DNA of 63,341 nucleotides, the filler included, from Octopus bimaculoides (taxonomy: Eukaryota): NCBI RefSeq assembly GCF_001194135.2. It is 7 parts of 6 records of this genome, joined end to end, with 100 filler letters (N's around TTAATTAATTAA, not from the genome) between each part and the next. Parts side by side here need not be neighbours in the genome. Positions count along the whole stretch, not along the records: positions 18,697 to 36,724 come from NC_068983.1; positions 36,825 to 41,870 come from NC_068987.1; 5 more parts are not named here. One strand, given 5' to 3'. The stretch's first letter is position 1. Each line of letters opens with the position of its first letter. Of this stretch, positions 25,509-38,768 are shown piece after piece. Made by a program: the position numbers and the translations under genes. Under the pieces are notes generated by a model. It did not search any database and was not told the origin of the DNA. It was given only the letters and a program-made list of their open reading frames with translations.

Positions 25509-27610
25509 CAGAATGTTCGGTCCTGTTTGTTTTCGTAGATTCTTGGAGAGTGGGCAGGAGCCTGCAACCAGAGATCTCACAGGGTATTTTACCACACATT
25601 ATAAACTTTGATACTAGGTTGTTAATTATCGAGGGAGTACCAATATTAAAATTTTAGCTGTCCCCAACAGAGCAGTTATGCGGTTTGTTCTGCTCTCATG
25701 TCAATTCCGATTTCTATGACATATTTTCGAAATTGGCTGTTGGTGCTCCGAGTACCACTACAACTACAGGAATGACAGATACTCTCCCCATAGTGCACAT
25801 TCTTGTAATTTTGTATTTTAGTAGCCTGTACTTTTCTTCAAACTTTTTTATTCCTTTGTCACTTGTGCGTGCATCTACAGGTATTGGAATATCTATAATT
25901 TTGGTTCCCTTTATTGCTTTATCTACCACAACAATATCTGATGTCCGAGCTTCGATTAGGGAGTCATACTGGATTGTAAAATGCCACAGTATCTTATGTT
26001 CCTCATTCTGGTTCACGTGCGTACCTTTTCCGTTCTCTGTTCAGGCCATACTTTTCACATAGCCTTCAGTGGACGAACTTAGCTAGGATATCGTGCCTCC
26101 TTTTGTAGTGCTTTTGAGCCAGCTTGCTACACTCACTCACAATATGTGAGGTTGTTTCGTTTCTGCTGCCACACATCTTACAAAGGGGCGATCCGCTACT
26201 CTTATCTATTTGGAGCTTGGTGCAATTAGTTCTCAGAACATGTTCCTCGGCGCTGCATATCAACGCCTCAGTGATTCTGTTAGATCCCTTTTTCTTAGCC
26301 ATCTCCATGTGTTGGTTTTTTTCATTTCCTTTGATTTATCTGTGGCATTACCCATACAGTGGTTTCATTTTCCAGTTGTTTACACTTCATTCTGCAACTC
26401 AAATGCTTTTGAGCGCATCGCATTTTTGGCAAGTATTATATTGTTAATTCTACCAGCGGCAAGCAAGGATTGACTCTGCTGCTTATCATAAACTGTTCTT
26501 CTTGACAACACAGATCTTCCACCTCTGTTTCTAGGAACATACACTCTATCAGTATCAATTTTGTGATGTATTTCCTTGTTAATCGTCATCACTTTTCTAG
26601 TTTTCCTGTCCTTTTCCTCAAGCCCGTTCTTTATCTACCTAACAACACCAGCATCATATCTCATTAAGGAAACAGCCTATGTATTTATTGATCTGGTTTT
26701 GTTTTTTTCATTGAGTCTACTTCCCATAATTAACTTGGTTCTTCTGAGATATTGTCGCCTAAAGCTTTCCTTCATTTCACTTTCGTTGAACTTATCGTAT
26801 TCTAAACTAATTAGTTATGTGTCTCAATGTCCTTGATTTGATTTTGCGTTCGGTCTTTCCATAGATCTTTAAATCATCCATGTATAACAGATGATTTAAT
26901 TTTCCTCCACTCTTCAAAGTGAATCCTGATGTCATTTTCCATAGTACCTGTTAGAGGGGTATCATACAAGTCACAAACAGCAATGGTGATAGGCTATCTC
27001 CTTGAAATATGCCTCTCTTGATGTTAACCGTCGCCCAAAATTTTCCACGTGAAATTATCTCTGTATTCAAGTCTTTCGTTGATCTCCTAATAAAATTTGA
27101 TATGTTAACATACACCTGCACAAGCTCGAGAATTCCTAAAATCCAGGAATGGGTAATCACGTCATACGCTTTCTTATAATCGATCCGCGTCATTCCCAGA
27201 TCAGTAAGTCTTTTCTTGCAGTCGTTCAGTACCATTCTATTTATCTGAACATAGCCTTTTGTCCTTCGGCTTTTCCTGTCATTCATTTCCAGAAAATTAT
27301 ACAGATAATTTAGATATCATTCCTGTCAACATCTTCAGCATCAGGAGCAGGCAGGCATTGGCCGGTAATTATTCACTGCATTTCTTTGCTGAGATCCTTT
27401 GGCAAAGAATTGGTCTACTTGTGGTCAGCTACTTAGGGATTTGTACACCGTTGTTGATCGTTTTATCCATTTTCTTGGCTATTTCCACAATCTTCCTGCC
27501 TCTTCTCAATCTTACACCATTTCTAGAGATTAGCTCAGTTAATATTGATAACTCCTTTTGCAATGATTCAATCTCAGCTTCAATTCTACTCCTCCAGGTG
27601 AGGGCCTGTT
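25509..27610 (-). mobile_element. R4/Dong-like RLE LINE, 5'-truncated and frameshifted
   Basis: RT motifs IDYKKAYDVITHSWI and IKRGIFQGDSLSPLLFV; CCHC knuckle CKMCGSRNETTSHIVSEC; RLE region KILWHFTIQ...DIVVVDK...IIDI.IP.D...EKY. Confidence 0.92.
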
Positions 27611-27815
27611 AGAATTTTCTTCAGGTCGAGTAGCCCATCCTGTTCAAAAGGTCCCTGAATAAAGCCGTTTAACGATGAAGAACGACACCCCGATGTTTCC
27701 AAAGATGAATTATCCAGCATCCAAATAATTCCTCTCAGTACATGGCTATGATACTCCCCCACTACTTCTGCTCTTCATCAGAGATGCACACATCGTCACC
27801 TACTAAGGGGCCAGC
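27610..27815 (-). mobile_element. Interspersed repeat family E (SINE-like), partial
   Basis: Reverse-complement homolog of 29480-29830 (ctgat.aagagcagaagtagtg.gggag.atcatagccatgt). Confidence 0.7.
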
Positions 27816-27949
27816 TCAATTGGTTAAGGTGAATTACACTGATTTATTTTCATCACTAATGACTTAATAAAACTAATTGATTCTGCTGTAGTTGCCCTTT
27901 TCAAGGAAAACTACCATTTGTTATTGACGAATGATCTCGTAAACACTTG

Positions 27950-28420
27950 CTTAAGTAATTCGCTGATCTGATCTCTGTAAGCTTAGCACAACGAGGTGGG
28001 GTGTTGAACTTCCAGTACTTGGTTCCTTGCCTAAAAAGACTTTCTACGGCGACTGACCAGATCAAAAAATTGTGGTTGTTGTAACAGATGATTTAAAAAA
28101 GTGAACAACTTAGGATATTCTTTTCTGCTGGTCTACAAAGTATTCTATCTAGGTACGATCTAGATGACTTGATGCAGTTCGTCCATGTCCTCACTGACCC
28201 ATTCGGGAAATCGAGCCGATAGCCGCCAAGCAGTGAAAACGTTTGAGCAGGTTTGCGAGGCTTTTACACCACCCTCTTCTAGCAACTTGTCCCATGCAAT
28301 GTAAACTTATGTCCAAAATGGCCTTCAGGTCATCCATTCATTACTGTTCATATCCAGGTCCATCAACCAAATTTCTGGGTCCAGGTAGATAGCCCTTCTT
28401 ATTTTCAGATCTAGATTTTT
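27950..28420 (-). mobile_element. L1/Tx1-like LINE apurinic endonuclease remnant
   Basis: DFPNGSVRTWTNCIKSSRSYLDRILC and KYWKFNT (cf. TW...SRLDR...WKFNxSLL). Confidence 0.7.
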
Positions 28421-29094
28421 CCGAAGCAACTCTGCAGTTTCACACCCCCATTCCTGATTGACATGGAGAAACGTAAATCTCATATCCACTGAAAATGGGT
28501 ATGAAAGCTCGTTGGACGAAGATTTTGATCTCACTGACAGCCTCGACATCAAAGTTAGAGACCGAAGGTTTCTGAAAGACACTCAGCAAGAAATGGAAGC
28601 AAAGTTGAGAGACAAATAACTAATGATGATGATGATAAAAATGATACTTAAAAGCATGTACTGTATCTAAGAGACGATATAAATGATGATTACTTTGATC
28701 TCGAATATCCGATTTACAAACATCTATTGCAATGAAGTGATGACAACTTTCTATTTCTACGTAGTCACTAATGCCAAATCAACAGGAATAAGGCCAAGTA
28801 ATAAAAAAAATCAAAGCCTTTGAGACAAAGATTAAAAAACTAATACACGACAACAATGAAACGAGAACAAAAGGAGATCTTCTGCCAAAATCATTTGGCT
28901 TAATGTGTTGCAATGATAATATTTTTTTATACAACGTTCTACATTAGAATGAGAAATATAGCAAAAAGTAAAGGAAATCTTTTTTCGGTGTATTTTTTTT
29001 CTTATTGTACTCTGATATTTTGGTAACGAGTAAAAACTAAAGCCAGGCCTAATATATATAACATATACTAATGTTTCAATGTGCTGCTGCTCCT

Positions 29095-29095
29095 G

Positions 29096-29131
<36 letters not shown>

Positions 29132-29141
29132 NNNNNNNNNN

Positions 29142-29184
<43 letters not shown>

Positions 29185-29281
29185 AGCATCTGTTGCTGCT
29201 GCTGCTACTGCTACAAATAGTAATGATTATGATGATGATGCTGATGATGACGATGATGAGGATGACGATGATGATGATAAA

Positions 29282-29352
<71 letters not shown>
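29095..29352. repeat. Compound (CTA)n/(GAT)n/(AAT)n microsatellite
   Basis: Seen directly. Confidence 0.95.
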
Positions 29353-29354
<2 letters not shown>

Positions 29355-29479
29355 TCCCAATGCAGTACAAAGCACTAGCTCTCTTGTTTTCTGAACTTAA
29401 CTGACTGGAAGTGCTATCATGTACATCGTTTTCTCGTGGTATTAAAATATGGGCTACAGCAAATATTTTGCTCAGTACC

Positions 29480-29830
29480 ACAGATTTACTTGTCAGTTGT
29501 TTGACCTTAACCATTTGAGCATGTCATATCTCTTAGTGGCTGACGATATGTACATTTCTGATCAAGAGCAGAAGTAGTGAGGGAGCATCATAGCCATGTG
29601 GTGAGAGGAATTCTTTGGGGTTTGAATAATTGGCCCCTGGAAACATGGGCGTTTTATTCCTCATCCTGAATCAAACCTTGTTCAAGGACCTTTTTTGCGT
29701 GATGAACTACTCGGCCTGAAGAATATTCTACCTGCAAGGGCATGCACTGTTTATCTTCATATGAGATCAACATGTCACGCACATGTGGTTGTGATACATG
29801 TGTTTAGTGTACCCTTATCAGACAGGTAGT
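29480..29830 (+). mobile_element. Interspersed repeat family E (SINE-like)
   Basis: Second, inverted copy at 27610-27815. Confidence 0.7.
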
Positions 29831-30783
29831 TATGATGTGTTCGATTCTGACAGCAGTATTTCCTTCAGCTTTTTGTATTCTGGGTTCAAATCACGTTACA
29901 GTCATCTTAGCATTTCGAAATCACAAAATGTGTGCCACTTCAAGGTACCCGAGAATATATATGGTTAAAGTAGCTGATAATACGCTATGATTACCTGTCT
30001 CAGTTTTTGAGTTTTGAGCTCTTGTGTGGATGACCTAATATATCAAAGTGGAATCGAACCAGTATTTGATCCCGCTCGTTATTCTTTTCGTGTGGATCTC
30101 TCTGTTGAAGGTATTTAGACTGAGCTTTCCCAAACTAATGGACATTTCCCCGCTTTTACTAGAAATCTCAGAAACTCGGAAACCATAGCGTCACACATCC
30201 TACTCTTGCTTCCATGACTTAGAGATTAAGAGTATATAGGGTATGCAAATAATAGAGAATGCAAAAATAATAGAGAATACGAATTCTTGTACAAATTGTT
30301 TTTTTAGTATTTGTGTAATATATATTAATTTCATAAAATATGCAATATTGCCAAAAACAATATAAGTGTTTCTAAATTATAATGTTAATTTCTTCTGATA
30401 AAACAAACATTAATTTTTGAAGATAAACAAATGCAACATCGAATAAAATATGGTATGATACCTCTTTATTTCAGTAATGTCATAATAATGTGCTATTTTC
30501 GCAACACTGCAGATTTCAAATTGCATTTGATGTGAGAAATTGCAATAAATATGGTAGCTGCATTAATATTTTTCATGCATTTTCCCATATATTTAATCAC
30601 ATAAAACTTCAAAATTAGATATAATTTCTGCTTTAAAATCTATAAACGGAAACGTTAAGCAGTGAAAATATATTGTGTCAGCGAGGATATAACTAGTAAA
30701 TGAAAATACAAAAGAAATATTGTTAATATATTAAGTAATTAATCTAATTTTTCAGAATAAAACTTACATATATTTTCATTTAC

Positions 30784-30845
30784 CAGCGGTTAACCGCTGA
30801 CTCACGGCTTATAAAGACGTCACATCGCGAGGAATTCATCCAGTT
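30784..30845 (+). promoter_or_regulatory. Candidate Pol II core promoter (palindrome, AP-1, TATA, CRE-like, Inr-like)
   Basis: CAGCGGTTAACCGCTG at 30784-99, TGACTCA at 30798-804, TATAAAG at 30810-16, GACGTCA at 30816-22, and CCAGTT with its A at 30842 (32 nt after the TATA T). Confidence 0.4.
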
Positions 30846-32074
30846 GACGATAATTGTGAGATTGGGGGAAATGGAGAAAAGTATGCAAAGTTGTTGGAAT
30901 TGTGCATGACGAATTTAGTGGGCAACAGAAGCTGAGTCGTGTCATAAAACTAAAATAGGCTTGCTACACTCGAAGAGATCCTGGGCTGATATTGGTACAA
31001 TACTGGCCACTCAGATTTTAGTGTGCTAGTGTGCTATTGACGTTCCTGCGATGTCTGTAGCGAGAGACACGGCTGTATATATATATGTGTGTGTGTATGT
31101 GTGTGTGTGCGCGTGTGTGTATGTATATATATATGTATTTATTTATTTATTTATATTTATATAAGGGCATTACTATACAAGAATGCCTCACGCTAAACTA
31201 CCATAATAAACACATTTTTATCGAAAGCGAGGAAAATGCAACTCTCCAAATTAGCCTCTTAAAAACAGGCTGAACTATATATCGGATCGATCTCACAGTT
31301 ATTAAATATATTCTAAGGAATAATGGATGGATGTTTTTCCCTTATGAAGTTTTTTTTTTAGGCTAGCTACTTGATAAGTTCTTATAAAAGATATTATCCT
31401 ATTAATAAATTATATATATATCATCATCATCATCATTTAACGTCCACTTTCCTTGCTAGCATGGGTTGGGAGATCTGGGAACACAGTCGTTTATTTCAGC
31501 CAACATTCCTGCGTATATTAGTAACGGAATGTATAGCAAATTAGAGTGCTTCAGTAAAATTATGTGTTTCCCACAAACTGAGTGGCCGAATATAAAATCA
31601 TTTTCAAAATAATAGCGATGTTGATATTACACTGTTTCAATAACATGGGAACATATATCATTCAAGTTGGAAAACAAAAAGAATATTGCAATGATTATGC
31701 AATACTAGTTGCATAAAATTGATTTTATAACATAAAGACCAGAGATATTGCATCCTGGCAGAATAAATAAGATAATTGGTGAACATTTCATGCGAGGAGA
31801 TTCTGCAAGACATACAAATGAAAAAAAAATGGGTATAGGCGACAGATTGTGTGTCTCAGTGGACAAAATGATAGTTGCAATTGTCAATTAATATTACATT
31901 TATACATTTTTCCGCTGGATAAATAAAAAGAGTATTAATTCTGTGCATTGTTGTAGAGAATATCATAAATCAAATGGCTTGATCATTTCTAGAGTATCTT
32001 TAAAATAGACTTAGAGAAGAAAGTGTGAAAAAAGAGTACGGTTAAAGGAAAGAAAAATCGAAAGAAGAGAGAGG

Positions 32075-32148
<74 letters not shown>

Positions 32149-33921
32149 AAGAAAACAATGAGTCGAGCAGTGCTATAATTGCAGGTTTAGGATAAAAGGA
32201 AAAGTGAATATCTATACTCGTAAAGGGTCCGAGCGATTATTGTAAGATTGTTGTGGTGTAACAAGTAGAGAAATAAGTCAGAATATAACGGTGGAAAACG
32301 AACAAGTTAATATGCATATAATACTTGATTATCAACGATTAATTGTGAAACATTAATGGCAAATACTATGTTTGGCACAAGGTCAACAATTTTGGAGGAG
32401 GAGGAGGAGGAGGAGGAGGAACGTCGATTACATCAACTCCAATATTCAACTGGTCCTTATTTTAATTATTTTGAAAGGATTATTTTGCCCAGTATGCTAA
32501 CAACTCTGTCAGGTCACTGCCTTCGTAGCAAAAAGTAATAGTAAGATCTCTTATGCCGCAACATATAAACTTACAGAAGTATTAAAAGACTCCAATAAAT
32601 TCAATGTAAACATATCGTAAGCCAAATTCAATAAAACAAAATGTGATTTTATTAACACCACTAACATCTGGCCCCTAGACAAATGAAATGTTATATTTAT
32701 ACGCTACTGCGAACACCCACACTGAATCAATAGATTACAATGGATTATCGGCCAGTTAGTATAAGCTTAGTTTTCGACAACAGGAATAACTGTTCAGAAA
32801 TGACAGAGAAATCAATCACGCCACTATCAAATGTATTAGAAATATAATGTCATATCATTTTATTGAAAGAAATTTCCACTTTTATGATGCAGGCAGACTA
32901 ATTTCAAATCTTCATATGTTTATGAAAGATCATCTCTACAAACAGTACATATTTCAACCTATGCACACGTATATATACAGGAGGTTATGTAATCGACTAT
33001 ATAGCGGTTCATCTGAGGAACATACTACTTTTGCAAAAATCATTACCTACGAATATTCTAGCATCGATCAATGAGAATTGGCTTTCAACATACAAAAAGA
33101 AAAAAAGAAATAGTATTGCTTTATATTGGTCCGAGACTTTAGTTAACAATATGCTGGTCTCTAACAATATTTCAATTTTCTTAATGATTGTCTGAGAACC
33201 AATTTCATCCTATGCGATTATAGCGATCCGTACTAGTGTATATCAGACATTACATCATTGCAGTCGTATATATAAAGTAATAATTTTATATATTTAAAAA
33301 TTTTACCAGTGATGTATATTGCTATTTGTGTGAGGTGCATGTCTTCATGTAATAATCAGTATAGTGATTAATCTAGAAATGTTAAGGATGTACATATATA
33401 CGTGTTCACGTATACATGCACATATATCCATATATAGTCTTATAGTTATAGTTATATAATAGCATTAAGCTAAGACTTTAACATATTAATGCTATTATAT
33501 TGGCAATTTAAAAATCGAATATTTACGCCTTTCAATTTTCTAAAAAGCTTTCTGAAGAAATAAATTGTGTGTGAATTATATAATGAATTCTAGACATGTA
33601 TTATCGAGACGAACATTTTATGAAGAATTTTGAAATTCTAATTTATAGAATTTATCTACCAACATTGTAATTATCTACTAACATGCTTCACATTTCACTT
33701 CTACCCTTCTAAGGAATCGAGTAGAAGTATGTTTATATTTCTTACATATGGTTAACATACAGAAATAAATATTCTAGCCACTGGTATCCCTAGGTGCAGG
33801 TGTGGTTGTGTTAAGAAACTTGCTTTGGAACGCCTGGCTTAGGTTCAATACAACTGCCCGATAATTTGAACTGACGAATAAATTTTGAGTGAATTTAGCA
33901 GGCAGAAACTGAGGAAAGCTG

Positions 33922-34005
<84 letters not shown>

Positions 34006-35039
34006 GTGTGGGTGGATGTGTTTATCAAAGGAGGAGACTGGACAAAATTGGGATATATTCTAATTCCATGGTTTACATAGGTTTGTAGGCCACTTTTTCC
34101 ATATACGGAGTCGACACTGCCATTCTTGGTATGTATAGTATATAATTTGGAAATCTATCTTTTAATCGGTAACTTGAAGCTTGTCTCCCGTATTGGCGTG
34201 CAAATTAATGAAGAGAGTTGTAACACAAATGAGGTTTTGCGGATAATTTACGACATTTGATATTTGTATCTTCTTGCTAAATTCCACGCCTGTCGCAAAT
34301 ATGTAAACGAATGTCTTATAGTGGTCAAACTGATGAATAATTTAGATGTATGTGTCTTTAATAATTATGCGTATATGCAACCCAAATATTAATTCTGTTT
34401 AACATAGAAATAAATATAACTTTTAATTTACACCCCTTGAAATGATTTGTGTTATTTCCATTGAAATGAAAAAGAAAATTGTGTACATACGTGCACACAT
34501 ACACACACACTCGCACACAAGCAATCACGCACACTCACGATCGCATCCACACACGATCACACACACAAGTACACAGACACAGTGCGAAGTATGTGTCCAC
34601 GTGTGTTTGTATATGTAACTCCATGCGTATGTACATTCTTCACATATGTATGTACCCAAACGACTGAATGAAGAAAAATAGCAGGTAACACATTTCATAA
34701 GAGTTATATCTATTTCATAACACCTTAGTGCAGATCCAGATTACTTGGAATTTCCGTGGCGTAGGAGATGTCAACCATATTTGATAAAACGGGCGCGTAA
34801 TAAACTCGAGAATGCAATATGTGTGTGTGCGTGTGTATATGTGAATGATGAGACCAATAATAATAATAATGATAATAACAATAATAATGATTTCATTTAT
34901 TTGTCACGAGCAAAAGATGAGGGGGACAATACAGAGACAGAGATAAAGTGGTGGGGGTTTACATATAATGAAATGATAAAAAGAAAATTGTATACATGAT
35001 ATATACTGGAAAAGAAGAGACATGCATACCAAACAAAGA

Positions 35040-35351
35040 TCTGCTATAGCCTCGGGCCAACCAAAGACTTGTGAGTGGATTTGGTAGACGGAAACTGAAA
35101 GAAGCCCGTCGTATGTATGTATATATATATGTATGTGTGTGTATATGTTTGTGTGTTTGTGTTTGTCCCCCCGACATCGCTTGACAACCGATTGGGGGGT
35201 ATTTACGTCTCTGTAATTTAGCGGTTCGTCAAAAGAAACCGATAGAATAAGTACTAGGCTTACAAAGAATAAGTCCTGAGGTCGATTTGCTCGACTAAAG
35301 GCGGTGCTCCAGCATGGCCGCAGTGAAATGAGTGAAACATGTAAAAGAGTA
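35040..35351 (+). mobile_element. SINE family A, 5'-truncated
   Basis: tatagcctcgggccaaccaaag...gtagacggaaactgaaagaagcccgtcg...ggcggtgctccagcatggccgcag. Confidence 0.9.
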
Positions 35352-35399
35352 CAGGAGAAAGGGGGATAATACAGGAACGCCTCTAGGGATAATCGAGGA

Positions 35400-36329
35400 A
35401 CCCCACTGTCCGAGATTTCCCTGAAACCCCATGAGTAAGTACCCTTCCCAATTCGTTCTCACCAACTCACAAGTCTACACTTAAACAGGTACACCCACTC
35501 TTGCCATTTTTGCAAATTTCACCCACCTTTCAATAAATTCACTCGAGGACAGCACTTCACTCTCCACTCTCAATTTCCTTTCAAGTGGAACTTGAAGAAG
35601 TCAATGAGAGCTCTACCAAAGATGAATGTAACTCTCCTCATGCCTTCCTGCCTTGTCCACCAAACAACTTCTCTCATCACCATCACAACCACTAGACAAA
35701 GGAGAACTGTCTTGCCTGCCCGATTGAAGGAGGGTGGCGGGACAGTTATTACTACAGACGCAGCCGAGAGACGGATCCATCCCTCACCTGACAGCAGCTG
35801 TTCGACATAACTCCACAAGTGAACAATGCCAGGACACTGAACGAGGGTATGCAGAACGGTTTCATCATTCTGCACACACCTCGAACAAGCTCGTCTGACA
35901 GCACATCTGTGTCTGTAGAGTTTGTCTCGAACCGATAGCACTGCGAGGCCAAGGACATCTAGAAATTATCCATGATAGTTCCCGACTGGAAAGTCCTACG
36001 GAATAGACTAGCCAGCTCGTTGTCGTCGGTTCCTAGAGTCTCCCCAAGAAGGTCGCCACACTTCCCCGCCACTAATCCTCTATAAATTTCTAAACCGGGA
36101 CATCCACTGATTCCATTGCCCGATTGGTAGAGAGTTATGAGCGCCTGACGATATTTAGATGTCATGCGCCCAGTCTCGGTGTTTTCTTCATCCAGGACTG
36201 CAGTTTCGACAAGGAGACGAGCTGCGGAAAGACGAGCTTCACAAACAGAGCCCAACACACGCTCACCGTCCAGAAATCGTTGCAGGTGGCGTAATCTACG
36301 CGCGTGTCTTCGCATTAGGAACCACGGCA
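35400..36329 (-). mobile_element. L1/Tx1-like LINE 3' portion (thumb, zinc knuckle, 3' UTR)
   Basis: PWFLMRRHARRLRHL and CSRCVQNDETVLHTLVQC (CCHC zf-RVT-like). Confidence 0.8.
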
Positions 36330-36724
36330 CCAATTATCATAAAATACATAGAGCACTCAATGAACAAATGGCAGACAGTGCTACAGCTCCAAACAAAAGA
36401 GGGACTTGTGAAAACGAAAGCCATCCCCATTAGAAGAGGAATATTCCAGGGAGATACGCTCTCTCCACTCCTGTTCTGCCTGGCACTCACACCTTTAACA
36501 GAATTGCTAAATAGAACTGGATGTGGTTACAAATGCTATGGAAAAACAGTCAGCCACCTTCTATATATGGATGACCTAAAATTATATGCAAGAAACGACA
36601 AAGAGCTAGAAACACTACTACAGACAGTACACGTCTTTACCAAGGAAATAGAAATGAAATTCGGATTAGAAAAATGTGCCAAAGCAACCCTGAAAAGAGG
36701 AAAATTAGTTAAAAGTAGCAATAT
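36327..36724 (+). mobile_element. R4/Dong-like LINE RT core, stop-free fragment running into a gap
   Basis: IPIRRGIFQGDTLSPLLFCLALTPL...SHLLYMDDLKLYA...MKFGLEKCAK. Confidence 0.93.
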
Positions 36725-36824
36725 NNNNNNNNNNNNNNNNNNNNNNNNNNNNNNNNNNNNNNNNNNNNTTAATTAATTAANNNNNNNNNNNNNNNNNNNN
36801 NNNNNNNNNNNNNNNNNNNNNNNN
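36725..36824. other. Assembly spacer 44N-TTAATTAATTAA-44N (12-mer also at 18641, 41915, 50044, 53480, 62140)
   Basis: Identical 12-mer encoding stops in all six frames, centred in a fixed 100-bp N block. Confidence 0.95.
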
Positions 36825-36831
36825 TATACAT

Positions 36832-36900
<69 letters not shown>

Positions 36901-37197
36901 TATATGTATATATACACACATGCATACATAAATATATATATACATACATATATGTATGTATATATATATGTGTGTGTGTGTGTGTGTTTACACATACATA
37001 CTTACATGTATATGGATACACACACACAGACACACACATACGCATACACACACACACGCATGCACACGCACACACTCACAGATATATGTATATATAAATG
37101 CGTGCTTAAGAAAATATTTGTCATGGTTTTTACGTCTTATGTATGTGATCCATGTTTTCTGTCTACACACACACACACACAGACACAGACACAGACA

Positions 37198-37239
<42 letters not shown>

Positions 37240-37639
37240 TGGTTTATCTATAAGTTGACCTTTAAACCGGACTCTATAACAAACAACACGTAATAATTTC
37301 GTCAATTTGTTTACATGCACCTCGTTCTATCTATCATTATATCTATCAATTTAGCAGTGTGCATGTGTTTGTATCATATATGTGTTGATACAGAGGTGTG
37401 TGTATGTATGCAAGAACGCGCGCACACGCGCACACACATATGCACACACACACACACACACACACGCACATATACATACATATACACATACACGAACCCA
37501 CAAGCACACGCACACGTACACGCACTTATGCACATACACTTAGATATATATATATATATGCGCACGCTCATACACGCATCTCTGTATCTACATATATATG
37601 TGTTATATCACAAACGTCAAAGTTTATACATGCGTATCT

Positions 37640-37640
37640 A

Positions 37641-37678
<38 letters not shown>

Positions 37679-37699
37679 ATCTATCTATCTATCTATCTT

Positions 37700-37751
<52 letters not shown>

Positions 37752-37770
37752 GCTAGCTAGCTAGCTAGCT
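37640..37770. repeat. (ATCT)n + (AGCT)n microsatellite
   Basis: Seen directly. Confidence 0.95.
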
Positions 37771-38572
37771 ACATATATACACATACACGCATCTGTGCTT
37801 GTATATATCTATGTTGCATAAGAGTTATTTTATATACTCTGACTTTTCTCTGTATAGTTTTTCTGCACATAAAATAAAATTCACAATTTCTAGTTCAGTC
37901 CCGAAGCCATATTGTTCTACTTCCTTGTTTTATTCAAACATGAACTCAACAAACCATGATGATGCCTTACACTTATCTAGTCATAATAACTATTAGTGTC
38001 CCTTTGAATTTCGTCATTTTTGGAAGACGCCAGTATTTTGAAGTTAGTTTTGTTATGTGCGTGATTTCAATAACGATTGCAAATTAAATGTTTTTCGTAG
38101 TCTGAAAAATGGGGGATACTTAACTTCTGAACCCATAACAACCAGCAAGAAAACGTATTAAGAGAATCTCTTTTATTTTTCTGGTTAGGAAGAGAATAAT
38201 AAGATATATTTACAGTTGTTTATTTTCCATTACGAAAGCTTCACGTACCATAGCATCTCTAATACTTGCTGTTGCACATGAAATAAATATTTAAATCATT
38301 ATTTTTTTTGTTCGCCATCCACAATCCTAGATCGTAACTGCAGATTATTTTAGGCATTCAATCGTGGCCTGGTTAGTGTTTGATTAAAATAGCAATTGAT
38401 ATACTTTACGTTGGGACAAGAAGACCGGATACTTATTCGCTGAAATGTTTTGTGACGAACCGAACATGAAACACTTTACGATAATCTCCTTTATTTTCTG
38501 AGGCGGACAATACAGTTCATTATTTACATTATTTACAATTGACGGATATTTGTGCTCATCTTGTTTGTTGTT

Positions 38573-38618
38573 AACACAACGTTTCGGCTGATATACCCTC
38601 CAGCCTTCATCAGGTGTC
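38573..38618 (-). ncRNA. Minimal type-I hammerhead ribozyme motif in a PLE-like terminal repeat fragment (~38500-38667)
   Basis: GACAC-CTGATGA-A-GGCTG-gagggtatat-CAGCC-GAAA-CG-TT-GTGTT: 5-bp stem I, 5-bp stem II, palindromic ACGT in place of stem III, GUU cleavage triplet. Confidence 0.75.
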
Positions 38619-38664
38619 TTGGGGAAATTTCGAACCTGGGTTCTCATTCCTAAAGTATTTTTCG

Positions 38665-38740
<76 letters not shown>

Positions 38741-38768
38741 CATTATTATTATTATTATTATTATTATT

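Noticed and set aside
27610-29830. Inverted pair of family E repeats
   Set aside because: Visibly diverged and ~1.7 kb apart; not TIRs of one element, and a weaker dsRNA candidate than the 52-53 kb pair.
32356-32538. 60-aa ORF with poly-Glu
   Set aside because: Short, built around a (GAG)n microsatellite, with no homology or convincing splice structure.
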